From: an uncultured Alphaproteobacteria bacterium
Lineage (GTDB): Bacteria; Pseudomonadota; Alphaproteobacteria; Rs-D84; CACZYB01
Direction: 5' to 3'
NCBI GenBank assembly: GCA_944392955.1
Contig: CALXYK010000004.1
Location: forward strand, 3,419-67,418
Length of the DNA: 64,000 bases
Below, piece by piece: positions 31,404-39,886 of the stretch. The notes below the pieces were generated by a model that was given only the letters and a program-made list of their open reading frames with translations, was not told the DNA's origin and ran no database searches. The position numbers were made by a program, and so were the translations under genes. Within the stretch, counting starts at the first letter, position 1. The number at the start of each line of letters is the position of its first letter.

Positions 31404-33311
31404 CTACTTTATTATATCTATTAACATTGAAAAACTTAGAATTTTTAATTTATAAGGTTTTGAACTTTGTATTTTAAACAAAGGAATTTCATAATTTTTT
31501 ACAAATCCTTTACCTCGTATTCTTAAATCCCCCGTATAATAAGGCAAACTTTCATCAAAACAATTTCCACTATCAAAATTCAAAAAGACAATAGTCCTAA
31601 GCCCAGAACCTGTATCAATTTGAACTAATGGAGTATCCATAACCCTTAATGTCAATTCCAACAATCTAACAGACTTTGGAATATAACTCCAACTTATAAA
31701 TGTAGGTAATGGACAATATATATGAGTAAAAGGCAAACCAATTATAATATTTTTAGAAGTCTTAGGTAATATTATTTTATTATCTACCACTTCTAAATCA
31801 TATATATAATCATCTGCATTAACTACAACCTTTTTACCATTTAAAAATGAAAGATTTTCTACCATATCAATACCTGTTTCTGATGTAATTTTTTTAGAAC
31901 AATCACAAGAAACATCTTCATCAAAAACTTCTAAGAAATAATTACTTCCTCGTTGAACTACAACATAAACTTTATCAACCAAAACAGACAAGGAAAGTAT
32001 TTTACCATCTGTTTCATATCTTACCCAAGCATTTATATTATATGTTTTATTTGTTAACAATACAGCCAAAGTTCCATCTTCTTGAACAACATATAACATT
32101 CTTTTTTTGACATTATAATCCTGCTCAATCGGACTATTTAATAAGTGATTAGATAACAAAATTAAATCTTGCGAAGAATAATTTTCACTTAAATCACCAT
32201 AAAAAAACTCTCTTATCTCTTTTTTGTTTCTAGCCACAAAAATAGTAGAACCTTCTACTAATTTAGGGGCTATATATCTATCAGAAATAGACCCTATCTT
32301 AGTTTGTTGAGAAACTATTATATTAGACGGAGTAAGAGGACTTCCCGTAATCATCCATTCAGAGTCCGAAGTAAACACCTGTAAATGCCTACCTGAAAAT
32401 ACTGATAATATTTCATTAACCTTATCAGAAAATATATCAAACTCTATTGATTCATCATCAAGTCCGGTTCCCAAATCAAAATTCATAAAATCACCAGTCT
32501 TAGAAAACCACAACCTATTGCTTAAACTTTTTGAACCACCAATTACCAATCTATTTTGGTGAAACGCAATACTTTTAGGATAACCACGGCGTTGTGAAAA
32601 ACTCTGTTCTTGCCAATTTGCATCAGCATTAACATCGGATAAATTTGATTTTACCTCTGCATTTGCAATAGTTTCAGATTCAATAGAAGTAATAAGAACT
32701 TCTCCACCATCTAATGTAATCCTAATATTAACCCAATTATCAGAGAACAAATTTTTACTTGCTGTAATTTGAATATTACCTGTTTTTGCAGACGGAGTAA
32801 GAGTTATACCTTCTGTATCATCAAATCTATTAAATGGTTGACAAGAATAACCATAAGTTGCATTTGTAGCATATATCCAAGACGAAATTGACCAAGTTTC
32901 ATTTAACAAATCGTATTTTAATATTTGAGGTTCAATATCTGGATGAGCCAGATATAACTCACTACCTTTCTGCGACCATCTTAAATTTTTTAAATCAGCA
33001 ATCGCATACGGCGAAGTCAAAGAAGACACTTTTTCTTCATTTTCATCATAAATATCAATCGTATTATTTCCAAAAAACAAAATAAAAAGTTTTTCACTGG
33101 AATATTCAAAAGAAATTATTTTACCTTCTGTTGACAAAGTATCAACATATCTCAGACCTTCCCTTCTTTCTATTCCACCCGTAGCAATCACATTCATATT
33201 TGTAATTGTCATAGCCCCACTTTTGTAAGCGGTTGAATTTCCCCTACCAAATAAATTTCTTGATAATTCTCCAAACGAAAAGTTAGACATAGTAATAGTT
33301 TGCTTTACCAT
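31404..33311 (-). CDS. tail tubular protein B-like (T7 gp12-like)
   Basis: 635 aa. Positioned after a gp11-like gene. The mid-region pattern (ILSVFSGRHLQVFTSDSEWMITGSPLT...IFVARNK) parallels T7 gp12 (LFSEELLIWSDEAQFVLTASGTLT...VYFASPR) as I recall it. Confidence 0.6.
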   Translation of the reverse strand: MVKQTITMSNFSFGELSRNLFGRGNSTAYKSGAMTITNMNVIATGGIERREGLRYVDTLSTEGKIISFEYSSEKLFILFFGNNTIDIYDENEEKVSSLTSPYAIADLKNLRWSQKGSELYLAHPDIEPQILKYDLLNETWSISSWIYATNATYGYSCQPFNRFDDTEGITLTPSAKTGNIQITASKNLFSDNWVNIRITLDGGEVLITSIESETIANAEVKSNLSDVNADANWQEQSFSQRRGYPKSIAFHQNRLVIGGSKSLSNRLWFSKTGDFMNFDLGTGLDDESIEFDIFSDKVNEILSVFSGRHLQVFTSDSEWMITGSPLTPSNIIVSQQTKIGSISDRYIAPKLVEGSTIFVARNKKEIREFFYGDLSENYSSQDLILLSNHLLNSPIEQDYNVKKRMLYVVQEDGTLAVLLTNKTYNINAWVRYETDGKILSLSVLVDKVYVVVQRGSNYFLEVFDEDVSCDCSKKITSETGIDMVENLSFLNGKKVVVNADDYIYDLEVVDNKIILPKTSKNIIIGLPFTHIYCPLPTFISWSYIPKSVRLLELTLRVMDTPLVQIDTGSGLRTIVFLNFDSGNCFDESLPYYTGDLRIRGKGFVKNYEIPLFKIQSSKPYKLKILSFSMLIDIIK

Positions 33312-33318
33312 ATTTCAC

Positions 33319-33873
33319 CTACTTTCTTATATCCACAAGTGGGAAATTTACAAAAGATTTATTAGTTTCTTGCATACTATCAATAGATTTTGCCTCTCTT
33401 ATTTCCGAATTAAATAATTTATAAAATAAAGAATATTTACTAGTATCATTTAACAAAGAAATAGAAAGTTCAGCCGCCATCAGATAAACAAATGCAGAAA
33501 TAAACACAGGTGTAAAATATTCTTCGTTCACATTTGCAATATAATCCAAATACACCTCTTCATCATTACAATAAAGATAATTTCCTAAAATTTTATAAGG
33601 CGAATTAGAAGAAATTTTTAATGCTCGCAAAAAATCACCTGGCAAAGCATAAGAATAGCCATACTCACTTTTACTATCTTCAACAACTCTATTTAATTTC
33701 TGAGAAGCAGTCGCAAAACTCCACGAAAATATAGAAAGCAATTTATATTTTAGCGTAGAATATAAACTTCCACATATTTCAGCTTCCGGAGTTCCCTCAT
33801 CAAAAGACACAATTGCATTAGCCCCAATTTTGTTAAGGGCTTTGGAACATAAATCAATACTTGAAAAACTCAT
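33319..33873 (-). CDS. tail tubular protein A-like (T7 gp11-like)
   Basis: 184 aa. The N-terminal pattern ALNKIGANAIVSFDEGTPEAEICGSLY parallels T7 gp11 [30 protein letters not shown] as I recall it. Located between the capsid gene and gp12-like, as in T7. Confidence 0.55.
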   Translation of the reverse strand: MSFSSIDLCSKALNKIGANAIVSFDEGTPEAEICGSLYSTLKYKLLSIFSWSFATASQKLNRVVEDSKSEYGYSYALPGDFLRALKISSNSPYKILGNYLYCNDEEVYLDYIANVNEEYFTPVFISAFVYLMAAELSISLLNDTSKYSLFYKLFNSEIREAKSIDSMQETNKSFVNFPLVDIRK

Positions 33874-33931
33874 ATTATCACCTTTTTATTCAAAAGCCCC
33901 TTTATACAAAGGGGCTACAATTAACTTAAAA

Positions 33932-34189
33932 TTAAGATGCTGGTGAAATAATATCAGAAACCACTACTACACCAGAAGTAATAGAACTTACAACAAATAT
34001 ACTTGTTGTCAAAGTTCCATCTATATCCATAGAACTAACAATCAAATCGCCAACATTAAAAATATTAGCAACAGAATTAAAATAATTTTGACCAGTAACA
34101 ACAGTTTTCTCATCATCTGTTTTATAATGCCACAAAGTAAAACCATTTGAATAAGCTAACACAGATAAATTTTTAGAATTCATACTCAT
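33932..34189 (-). CDS. hypothetical small protein
   Basis: 85-aa ORF between the capsid and gp11-like genes. No motifs. Confidence 0.3.
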   Translation of the reverse strand: MSMNSKNLSVLAYSNGFTLWHYKTDDEKTVVTGQNYFNSVANIFNVGDLIVSSMDIDGTLTTSIFVVSSITSGVVVVSDIISPAS

Positions 34190-34217
34190 TTTTATATTTC
34201 CTCCTATTTAGTTTTAA

Positions 34218-35048
34218 TTAAGCAATAGTTGCATCATCATCACAAAGTATTTTAACAATACCAGTATCGTCTATAAGTTTCGCTCCTTGGCTCATACAAT
34301 TAGAAATAAAATGAGCTGCCCTTTCACCATGCCAGGTAATATCAGTTTTCACATCACAACCAGACGCATGTCCAACAGCATTTTTATGATAAATAAAACA
34401 ACTTCTTACACCTTCATTGCAAGGAAGAGCATTATGCAAAATCCAATTTATACCCATCCATTTTCTAGATTCTGTTCCTTTAAGTAATGGATAATTATCA
34501 CCAACATAATCGGCATTTGAAAATTCCTCTAAACTTAAAAGTTCATTCCATTGATGAACACCAACAACACCAAATCTTTGACCATCATCAGGCACATCAT
34601 TATTGTTAAGTATTTCCAAAGCTTGAAATATCTTTGATTTAGTAAAACCTACACCAGAAGTATCAACAGAATTAGTTGCATTGTTAAGTTCATTAATAAT
34701 AAGTTCATCACTCTTTCTACCTAAGGCATAAGCGCCAGCAGAAGCAACAACTCTTCTTTCATCTACATTTGTTTTTAATTCATCAAGTTCATCAACCCAA
34801 TCTCCTGCATAGAAATCAGACAACACACATTCAACAGGAGTATGATCTAAATTCATAACAGGAACAAGTCCGTGTCTAGCTTTTGTACTTGCAAGACCTT
34901 TACCTATTTTTTGAAAGGTAGTTGAGGTTCCTCTTACATCACTTTTTGTTCTAACAGTAGAACGTAATTTTGTTCCCATCTGTTGAAATGCAAGATGAAC
35001 TTCTGCCTCAAATTGTTTTATAAATACTTTATCAATAGAAACTGACAT
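34218..35048 (-). CDS. phage major capsid protein (T7 gp10-like, short form)
   Basis: 276 aa. The N-terminal segment (VFIKQFEAEVHLAFQQMGTKLRSTVRTKS...TFQKIG) and C-terminal segment (HKNAVGHASG) parallel T7 gp10A as I recall it. Follows the scaffold gene as in T7. Confidence 0.7.
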   Translation of the reverse strand: MSVSIDKVFIKQFEAEVHLAFQQMGTKLRSTVRTKSDVRGTSTTFQKIGKGLASTKARHGLVPVMNLDHTPVECVLSDFYAGDWVDELDELKTNVDERRVVASAGAYALGRKSDELIINELNNATNSVDTSGVGFTKSKIFQALEILNNNDVPDDGQRFGVVGVHQWNELLSLEEFSNADYVGDNYPLLKGTESRKWMGINWILHNALPCNEGVRSCFIYHKNAVGHASGCDVKTDITWHGERAAHFISNCMSQGAKLIDDTGIVKILCDDDATIA

Positions 35049-35155
35049 AATTTATATCTCCTTATTTTTTATTAAACTAACGATAGGTTAAAACCTACCA
35101 ATTAAAAAAATCCGCCATATAAATGACGGATTAAAAGTATAATTAAACCCAAATT

Positions 35156-35722
35156 TTATTTATTATCTTTCTTCACAAGAACCGGTTCTATACTACTTAA
35201 TAAGCCATGCATAGAAGTCAATGTAAATAATACAGACACAAAAGATAATATAAATATCTCAATAGAAGATCTTATCAATTGCGGTGAATATCTAGTCAAC
35301 AATAAAACATCGACATAAAATATAACCGAAAAGATAAACGATAATAAAAAAGCAATTAAAGATTGCACCTTAAAAGTGTTCTTAAATATATATTCCACTT
35401 TTAATTTTCTAGATTTAATCATAATAAATTTTAAAATCAAACACACAAATACGAACGGAACATAAAATTTTATAATAGAGAAAATAGCATCAACAACAGC
35501 AATAAAGAAAATCTCTATTGGATTCATTGAAAATCTCAATGTTTCATAAACATCCAATTCTTTCATAAAAGAAAAGGCAAAAAACACAATAACAGAAAAA
35601 ACTAATGTAAATTTTAATATTCCTTTTGTATGATTATAAAAAAATCCCAACAAAGAACCTAAAAAAGAAGATTTTTTACTTTCAACTTTCTTAGTCTTAT
35701 CGTTGGGATTTGATACCAACAA
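35156..35722 (-). CDS. hypothetical 4-TM membrane protein
   Basis: Four hydrophobic helices. No motifs. Inserted between the scaffold and capsid genes. Confidence 0.4.
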   Translation of the reverse strand: MLVSNPNDKTKKVESKKSSFLGSLLGFFYNHTKGILKFTLVFSVIVFFAFSFMKELDVYETLRFSMNPIEIFFIAVVDAIFSIIKFYVPFVFVCLILKFIMIKSRKLKVEYIFKNTFKVQSLIAFLLSFIFSVIFYVDVLLLTRYSPQLIRSSIEIFILSFVSVLFTLTSMHGLLSSIEPVLVKKDNK

Positions 35723-35730
35723 AGAAACTT

Positions 35731-35997
35731 CTATTTCTTCGCTACTTTTTTTTTTGCTACTGGTTTAACTGGCTTTTTAACAGAAGCAACTTTAACAGCA
35801 GCTTTTTTTACAACAATTTTTTTCTTAGGAGCTGCTTTAACAACTACTTTTTTTGCAGGTGCTTTTTTAGCAACTACTTTTTTTGCAGGAGCCTTTGTAG
35901 CAACTACTTTTTTAGCTGGAGTTTTTTTTGCAACTGGTTTAGAAGCTACTTTTTTAGCAGCAGGTTTTGCAGTTTTTTTAATTATACTTTTAAACAT
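35731..35997 (-). CDS. histone H1-like Lys/Ala-rich DNA-binding protein
   Basis: Start set at Met15 with an AAGGAGAG ribosome-binding site. 88 aa of PAKK/VAKK repeats (KPAAKKVASKPVAKKTPAKKVVATKAPAKKVVAKKAPAKK...). Confidence 0.6.
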   Translation of the reverse strand: MFKSIIKKTAKPAAKKVASKPVAKKTPAKKVVATKAPAKKVVAKKAPAKKVVVKAAPKKKIVVKKAAVKVASVKKPVKPVAKKKVAKK

Positions 35998-36097
35998 ATT
36001 CCTCTCCTTATTAAACAAAAGACAACTACAATATACCATATAAAAAAAAAGACTGCAACATCAAAAATAAAAAAAAGTAAAAAAAATTTAAAAATTT

Positions 36098-36685
36098 TTA
36101 TTCATCACCATATAAAAATTTAAATCCATCATCAACTTTTTTAATGAAATCTTTATCTCCATCTCTCCAATACTTTGGATCCTTCATCATTTCTTTTAAT
36201 TTTTTCTCTGTAATACCACATTGAGATTCACCAGATTTTGCCATAACTTTCGGCTCATTGGATGTCATCATATTATACAAAGCAAGCACACCATAAAACG
36301 AAGAATTCAAAGAATTATAAATTTCCTGAGGAACATTTTTTTCTGCCCACAAAGAAATTTGACGAGAAATTTCATCAAATCTTTCTTCTCCACCAAAATA
36401 ATTTTCAAGTTTTGAAAGTTCTCTGTAAGCACGAAATTCCTCTATTACTTCTTGAATCTTTGGAATCATAATTTCAGCAGCAAGGTCATAAACCAATTGG
36501 ACCTGAGCATTTGTGAAACCTGCTTCTTTTAAACGTTTATTGACATTTTGATCAACTTGTAAAAATTTATTATGAAGCACTATTTGATAGTCTTTATCAG
36601 CACCATCAGTTTTCAAAGCCAAATCTAAAACATCTGTGTTTTCACGATCAGTATTTTTATTTTGATCAACTTTTTGATTATACAT
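36098..36685 (-). CDS. phage scaffolding protein (T7 gp9-like)
   Basis: The C-terminus (ERFDEISRQISLW...KLKEMMKDPKYWRDGDKDFIKKVDDGF) parallels the T7 gp9 C-terminus (ERFDALYNHLETH...EMIKAMSDPRYRTDANYRRQVEQKVIDSNF) as I recall it. Located upstream of the capsid gene. Confidence 0.6.
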   Translation of the reverse strand: MYNQKVDQNKNTDRENTDVLDLALKTDGADKDYQIVLHNKFLQVDQNVNKRLKEAGFTNAQVQLVYDLAAEIMIPKIQEVIEEFRAYRELSKLENYFGGEERFDEISRQISLWAEKNVPQEIYNSLNSSFYGVLALYNMMTSNEPKVMAKSGESQCGITEKKLKEMMKDPKYWRDGDKDFIKKVDDGFKFLYGDE

Positions 36686-36806
36686 TTCATACTCCTTTAT
36701 TTTAAAAATTTATTTTTCAAATATTTTAAAAGGTCAAAAATAATAAAATATTTCATAGGAACCTTTTTAAATATTATTTTCATAAAACTAAAACTTTTAA
36801 ACATTT

Positions 36807-37025
36807 TTACTTTTTTTTAGAATTTAAACTATCAATTTTCTCTGTTAAAGTTGTAGAAAGTTCTTGTCCCAAAAATATTACACCAAACAAAGGAATAACA
36901 ACTTGTAGCAAATCTACCAACCCTACATCGCCAACTAAATAAGCGGCAACACAAGAAATCACACTAACAATCGCAGTAATCAAAGTTTTTTTAGTTTGTA
37001 AAAAACCACCTGTAATTATACTCAA
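36807..37025 (-). CDS. small two-TM membrane protein (holin-like topology)
   Basis: 72 aa. Two hydrophobic helices and a charged C-terminus (KKK). Confidence 0.3.
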   Translation of the reverse strand: MSIITGGFLQTKKTLITAIVSVISCVAAYLVGDVGLVDLLQVVIPLFGVIFLGQELSTTLTEKIDSLNSKKK

Positions 37026-37049
37026 TTTAATCTCCTTATTTTATTTAAG

Positions 37050-37496
37050 TTACATACAAATATCATAGAAATAAAAATCATCTATAATATATTTCGGAGA
37101 AACATTTTTAGCCCAAAAAGGACATTTCTCCTTTTTATGAAACTCAATTGCATCAAATTTTTTACTTTCTACATTATTTAAAGACAAAACATCTCCTGCA
37201 ACCTTTAAACAAGTTTTAAAGTAATCAGAATTTGTATCAATTGAATCCATATTTTTTAAATTCTTCCATGCAGGGAAAATATTAACAGATGTCAAAAGTT
37301 TTACTATATCAGGAAATGTTTCTGATATTTCCACTTCATAAAAAAATCTATTAACAATAGTCATCGCAACAGATTTTAACAAAAGATTCGAAGCATCTTT
37401 TTCCAGAGAATATAAACTTTTTGCTAAAATAAATTTGTTAATATTGGAATTTATTTTCAATTTTTTCAAAAGCTTTTCTCTATTTTCAATAAACAT
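37050..37496 (-). CDS. hypothetical protein
   Basis: 148-aa ORF. No motifs. Confidence 0.3.
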   Translation of the reverse strand: MFIENREKLLKKLKINSNINKFILAKSLYSLEKDASNLLLKSVAMTIVNRFFYEVEISETFPDIVKLLTSVNIFPAWKNLKNMDSIDTNSDYFKTCLKVAGDVLSLNNVESKKFDAIEFHKKEKCPFWAKNVSPKYIIDDFYFYDICM

Positions 37497-37792
37497 TATG
37501 ATTTTCCCCCTGAAATTTTTTCTTCAATCCTAAGCAAATGAGCAGTCAAACGATTTTCCACATCTTTCAAACATGAAATAGATGCATAATTCATAGCCAC
37601 ATCAACACGAAACGATGCAATATTTTCAATTAAATTAATTACATCTTTTTTAGATTTGGCCTCTACATCTTTTAAATTATTTTCCAAAGTGGAAATATTA
37701 TTTTTCAAAAGCCAAAATGCGCCTATAAACAATGGAAGTTCAACCACACTTATCCACCAGGATAAATTGATATTTTCCATTTTTTTCTCCAT
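37496..37792 (-). CDS. hypothetical N-terminally anchored coiled-coil protein
   Basis: TM helix (WWISVVELPLFIGAFWLL) followed by a coiled coil. ATG and stop overlap with the next gene. Confidence 0.3.
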   Translation of the reverse strand: MEKKMENINLSWWISVVELPLFIGAFWLLKNNISTLENNLKDVEAKSKKDVINLIENIASFRVDVAMNYASISCLKDVENRLTAHLLRIEEKISGGKS

Positions 37793-37949
37793 AACTATTT
37801 AAAAATGAAAAAACCCTCTCTGAATAAAAAGGGCATAAAAAAACTAATGCAGATACAATTATCCCATTAGTTGAAAAACACTATACCACATTTTTACAAA
37901 AATGTCAAGAACATTTTAAGAACAAAATTAACTTTTATTTAGAAATCAG

Positions 37950-38456
37950 CTAGAAATCCAGTTTATACATAGAGTTCACAGATACAATATTTTTATTTTT
38001 TCCCACAACAACTTCTAATTTTTTTTTCAAATTATATATATGCGTTGATAAACTTTTCAGATTCGATTCTGTATTTTTTTTAAAAATAACTTCAACAAGA
38101 GAAAGCGCCGAAACTCCTTTATCCTTTGCTTTTAGCAATTGAAGTAAAATCGCATTTTCAATATTAGTCAAAGTTATTTTATCATCTCCATTTATAATAC
38201 ATTTTCTGTTTGAGAAAAATTTAGCATTACCAATATAATAAAATGAAGAAGACTTAATCACATCAATCAAAGAAAAGAAATTTAAAGGCTTATAAAAATA
38301 ATGAATATTATTCAAAACAAACTTATCACTATCATCACTTAAAATAAAATCCGCAACGGATGCATCATTAACAACAGACACAGAAAAATCCCTAAATAAC
38401 TTTTTTAAGGTATCTTTCACACAATCATCCGACAATTTCAAAAAAATCGTAATCAT
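37950..38456 (-). CDS. OmpR/PhoB-type winged-helix DNA-binding protein with truncated receiver-like N-terminus
   Basis: The C-terminal ~95 aa match the trans_reg_C winged helix (...LKSLSTHIYNLKKKLE...SMYKLDF). Only ~75 aa precede it, so a full receiver domain cannot be present. Confidence 0.5.
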   Translation of the reverse strand: MITIFLKLSDDCVKDTLKKLFRDFSVSVVNDASVADFILSDDSDKFVLNNIHYFYKPLNFFSLIDVIKSSSFYYIGNAKFFSNRKCIINGDDKITLTNIENAILLQLLKAKDKGVSALSLVEVIFKKNTESNLKSLSTHIYNLKKKLEVVVGKNKNIVSVNSMYKLDF

Positions 38457-38537
38457 ATATCAATTATAAAATATAATATTGAAATTACAAACATAAAAAT
38501 ATATTATAAAAATATATAAAAACAACAGGAGATAAAA

Positions 38538-39164
38538 ATGAATAAATTCATAAAAATATTATCCATTACAGCCATACTTTGTTCATGCAGTGGAATTTAT
38601 ACACGTATGGCAAATAGTGATTTGGAAATCAAAACTAATATGACTAAAACAATATGGTTAACTCCAACAGATCCTGCTCAAACAAAAATATATGTTCAAG
38701 CAAGAAATACATCTGATAACAAAGAATTCAATGATTTGAGAACATATATAAAATCCTCATTAGAAAGCAAAGGTTATACAATAACAAATAATCCAAACGA
38801 AGCAACATTTATACTACAAACTAATGTATTAAAGGCAATTTTGAATAATAATTCAGTAAGCAAATCTAATACCCAAAACGATGCTCTTACAACGGCGGTA
38901 GGTGTAGGATATGCAGTAGGAAGTAAAAATGATGACCTAACCGCAGTAGGTGCCGGCCTTGCAGCAGGACTTGCATCTATGTATTTTGATGCAAAAACAA
39001 AAGATGCAACATACTATGTTCAAACGGATATAAAAATAACCGAAGGAAATAAATCTTATACAACATCTTTAAATGTAGATGCAAAAAAGGTAAATTTAAC
39101 AGTAGAAGAAGCATCCATTAAAATGAAGGAAGCAATTGCGAACTCTCTTTCTGGACTATTCTAA
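38538..39164 (+). CDS. traT: TraT-like surface-exclusion / complement-resistance outer-membrane lipoprotein
   Basis: Lipobox LCSC. Colinear with F-plasmid TraT as I recall it: LEIKTNMTKTIWLTP vs LEVKTQMSETIWLEP; NVLKA; GAGLAAGL; KVNL...EEA. Confidence 0.75.
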   Translation: MNKFIKILSITAILCSCSGIYTRMANSDLEIKTNMTKTIWLTPTDPAQTKIYVQARNTSDNKEFNDLRTYIKSSLESKGYTITNNPNEATFILQTNVLKAILNNNSVSKSNTQNDALTTAVGVGYAVGSKNDDLTAVGAGLAAGLASMYFDAKTKDATYYVQTDIKITEGNKSYTTSLNVDAKKVNLTVEEASIKMKEAIANSLSGLF

Positions 39165-39184
39165 AATAAATTAACTTAAAAAAA

Positions 39185-39218
39185 CAAAAGCCTTTTGTTA
39201 TAAAAGGCTTTTTTTGAT
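39185..39218 (+). terminator. rho-independent terminator after traT
   Basis: Hairpin AAAGCCTTTT-GTTAT-AAAAGGCTTT followed by TTTTT. Confidence 0.55.
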
Positions 39219-39280
39219 TTTGTTCTTATAGTTTAATTCTTGAATTTATGATATACTCCTAATATAAAAAGGAGAGGAAA

Positions 39281-39883
39281 ATGGCAAATATACTACTTAT
39301 CTACGGACATCCGAAAACACCCAATAGTTTTAATTTTGAATTAAAGGAAAAATTAGTTCAGGTTTTAAAATCAAAAGGACATAATGTTTTAGTAAGAGAT
39401 TTATATGAAATAAGTTTTAACCCATTATTATCATCAAATGATTTAGAAAAAATTCATAACAAAGAAATCCCAGATGATGTAAAACAGGAACAAGAATTTA
39501 TAAAACATGCCGATATAATAATATTTATTTATCCAATATGGTGGGCTGGACAACCTGCAATTATAAAAGGATATATAGACCGAGTATTTTCATATGGCTT
39601 TGCCTATGTATACAAAGGGAACAAAGTAGTAGGATTACTATCAGATAAACGAGCTATTATTATAAATTCCACCGGCTCTAATTACCAAGATTACGAAAGC
39701 CAAGGTTTTTACAATTCTATGAAATTACTTGTAGATAAAGGAATATTTGAATTTTGTGGTTTCAAAAAGATAAAACATCTATTTTATGGTGGAGTTCCCA
39801 CTGCATCACCAAAAGACCGAGAAATTTTTCAAAATAATGCAATAGAAGAAACAATAATAGAAGTAGAAGCAAAAGATATATAA
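39281..39883 (+). CDS. flavodoxin-like NAD(P)H dehydrogenase (quinone) family protein
   Basis: Flavodoxin_2 pattern (ILLIYGHPKTPNSFN ... IIIFIYPIWWAGQPAIIKGYIDRVF). 200 aa. Confidence 0.7.
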   Translation: MANILLIYGHPKTPNSFNFELKEKLVQVLKSKGHNVLVRDLYEISFNPLLSSNDLEKIHNKEIPDDVKQEQEFIKHADIIIFIYPIWWAGQPAIIKGYIDRVFSYGFAYVYKGNKVVGLLSDKRAIIINSTGSNYQDYESQGFYNSMKLLVDKGIFEFCGFKKIKHLFYGGVPTASPKDREIFQNNAIEETIIEVEAKDI

Positions 39884-39886
39884 AAA

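Larger units (their letters stand above)
30352..36685 (-). mobile_element. T7-like podovirus structural-gene module (prophage remnant or domesticated phage element): scaffold gp9, capsid gp10, tail tubular gp11 and gp12, terminase-N gp19 equivalents
   Basis: Nine co-oriented, tightly packed ORFs. Five have T7-homologue-like sequence patterns in T7 gene order. No replication, transcription or tail-fibre genes are present in the window. Confidence 0.6.

Noticed and set aside
35710-36123. 137-aa + strand ORF rich in Phe/Cys/Asn opposite the H1-like gene
   Set aside because: It is an antisense shadow of the AAG/GCA-repeat coding sequence (K/A repeats read as F/C/L on the other strand). It has no ribosome-binding site, and the sense-strand gene has a strong one.
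21000-39200. Search for an integrase, recombinase or transposase to explain the rearranged phage block
   Set aside because: No ORF in the block or elsewhere in the window shows tyrosine- or serine-recombinase or DDE motifs, so the mechanism cannot be assigned from this window. Absence is noted, not proof.
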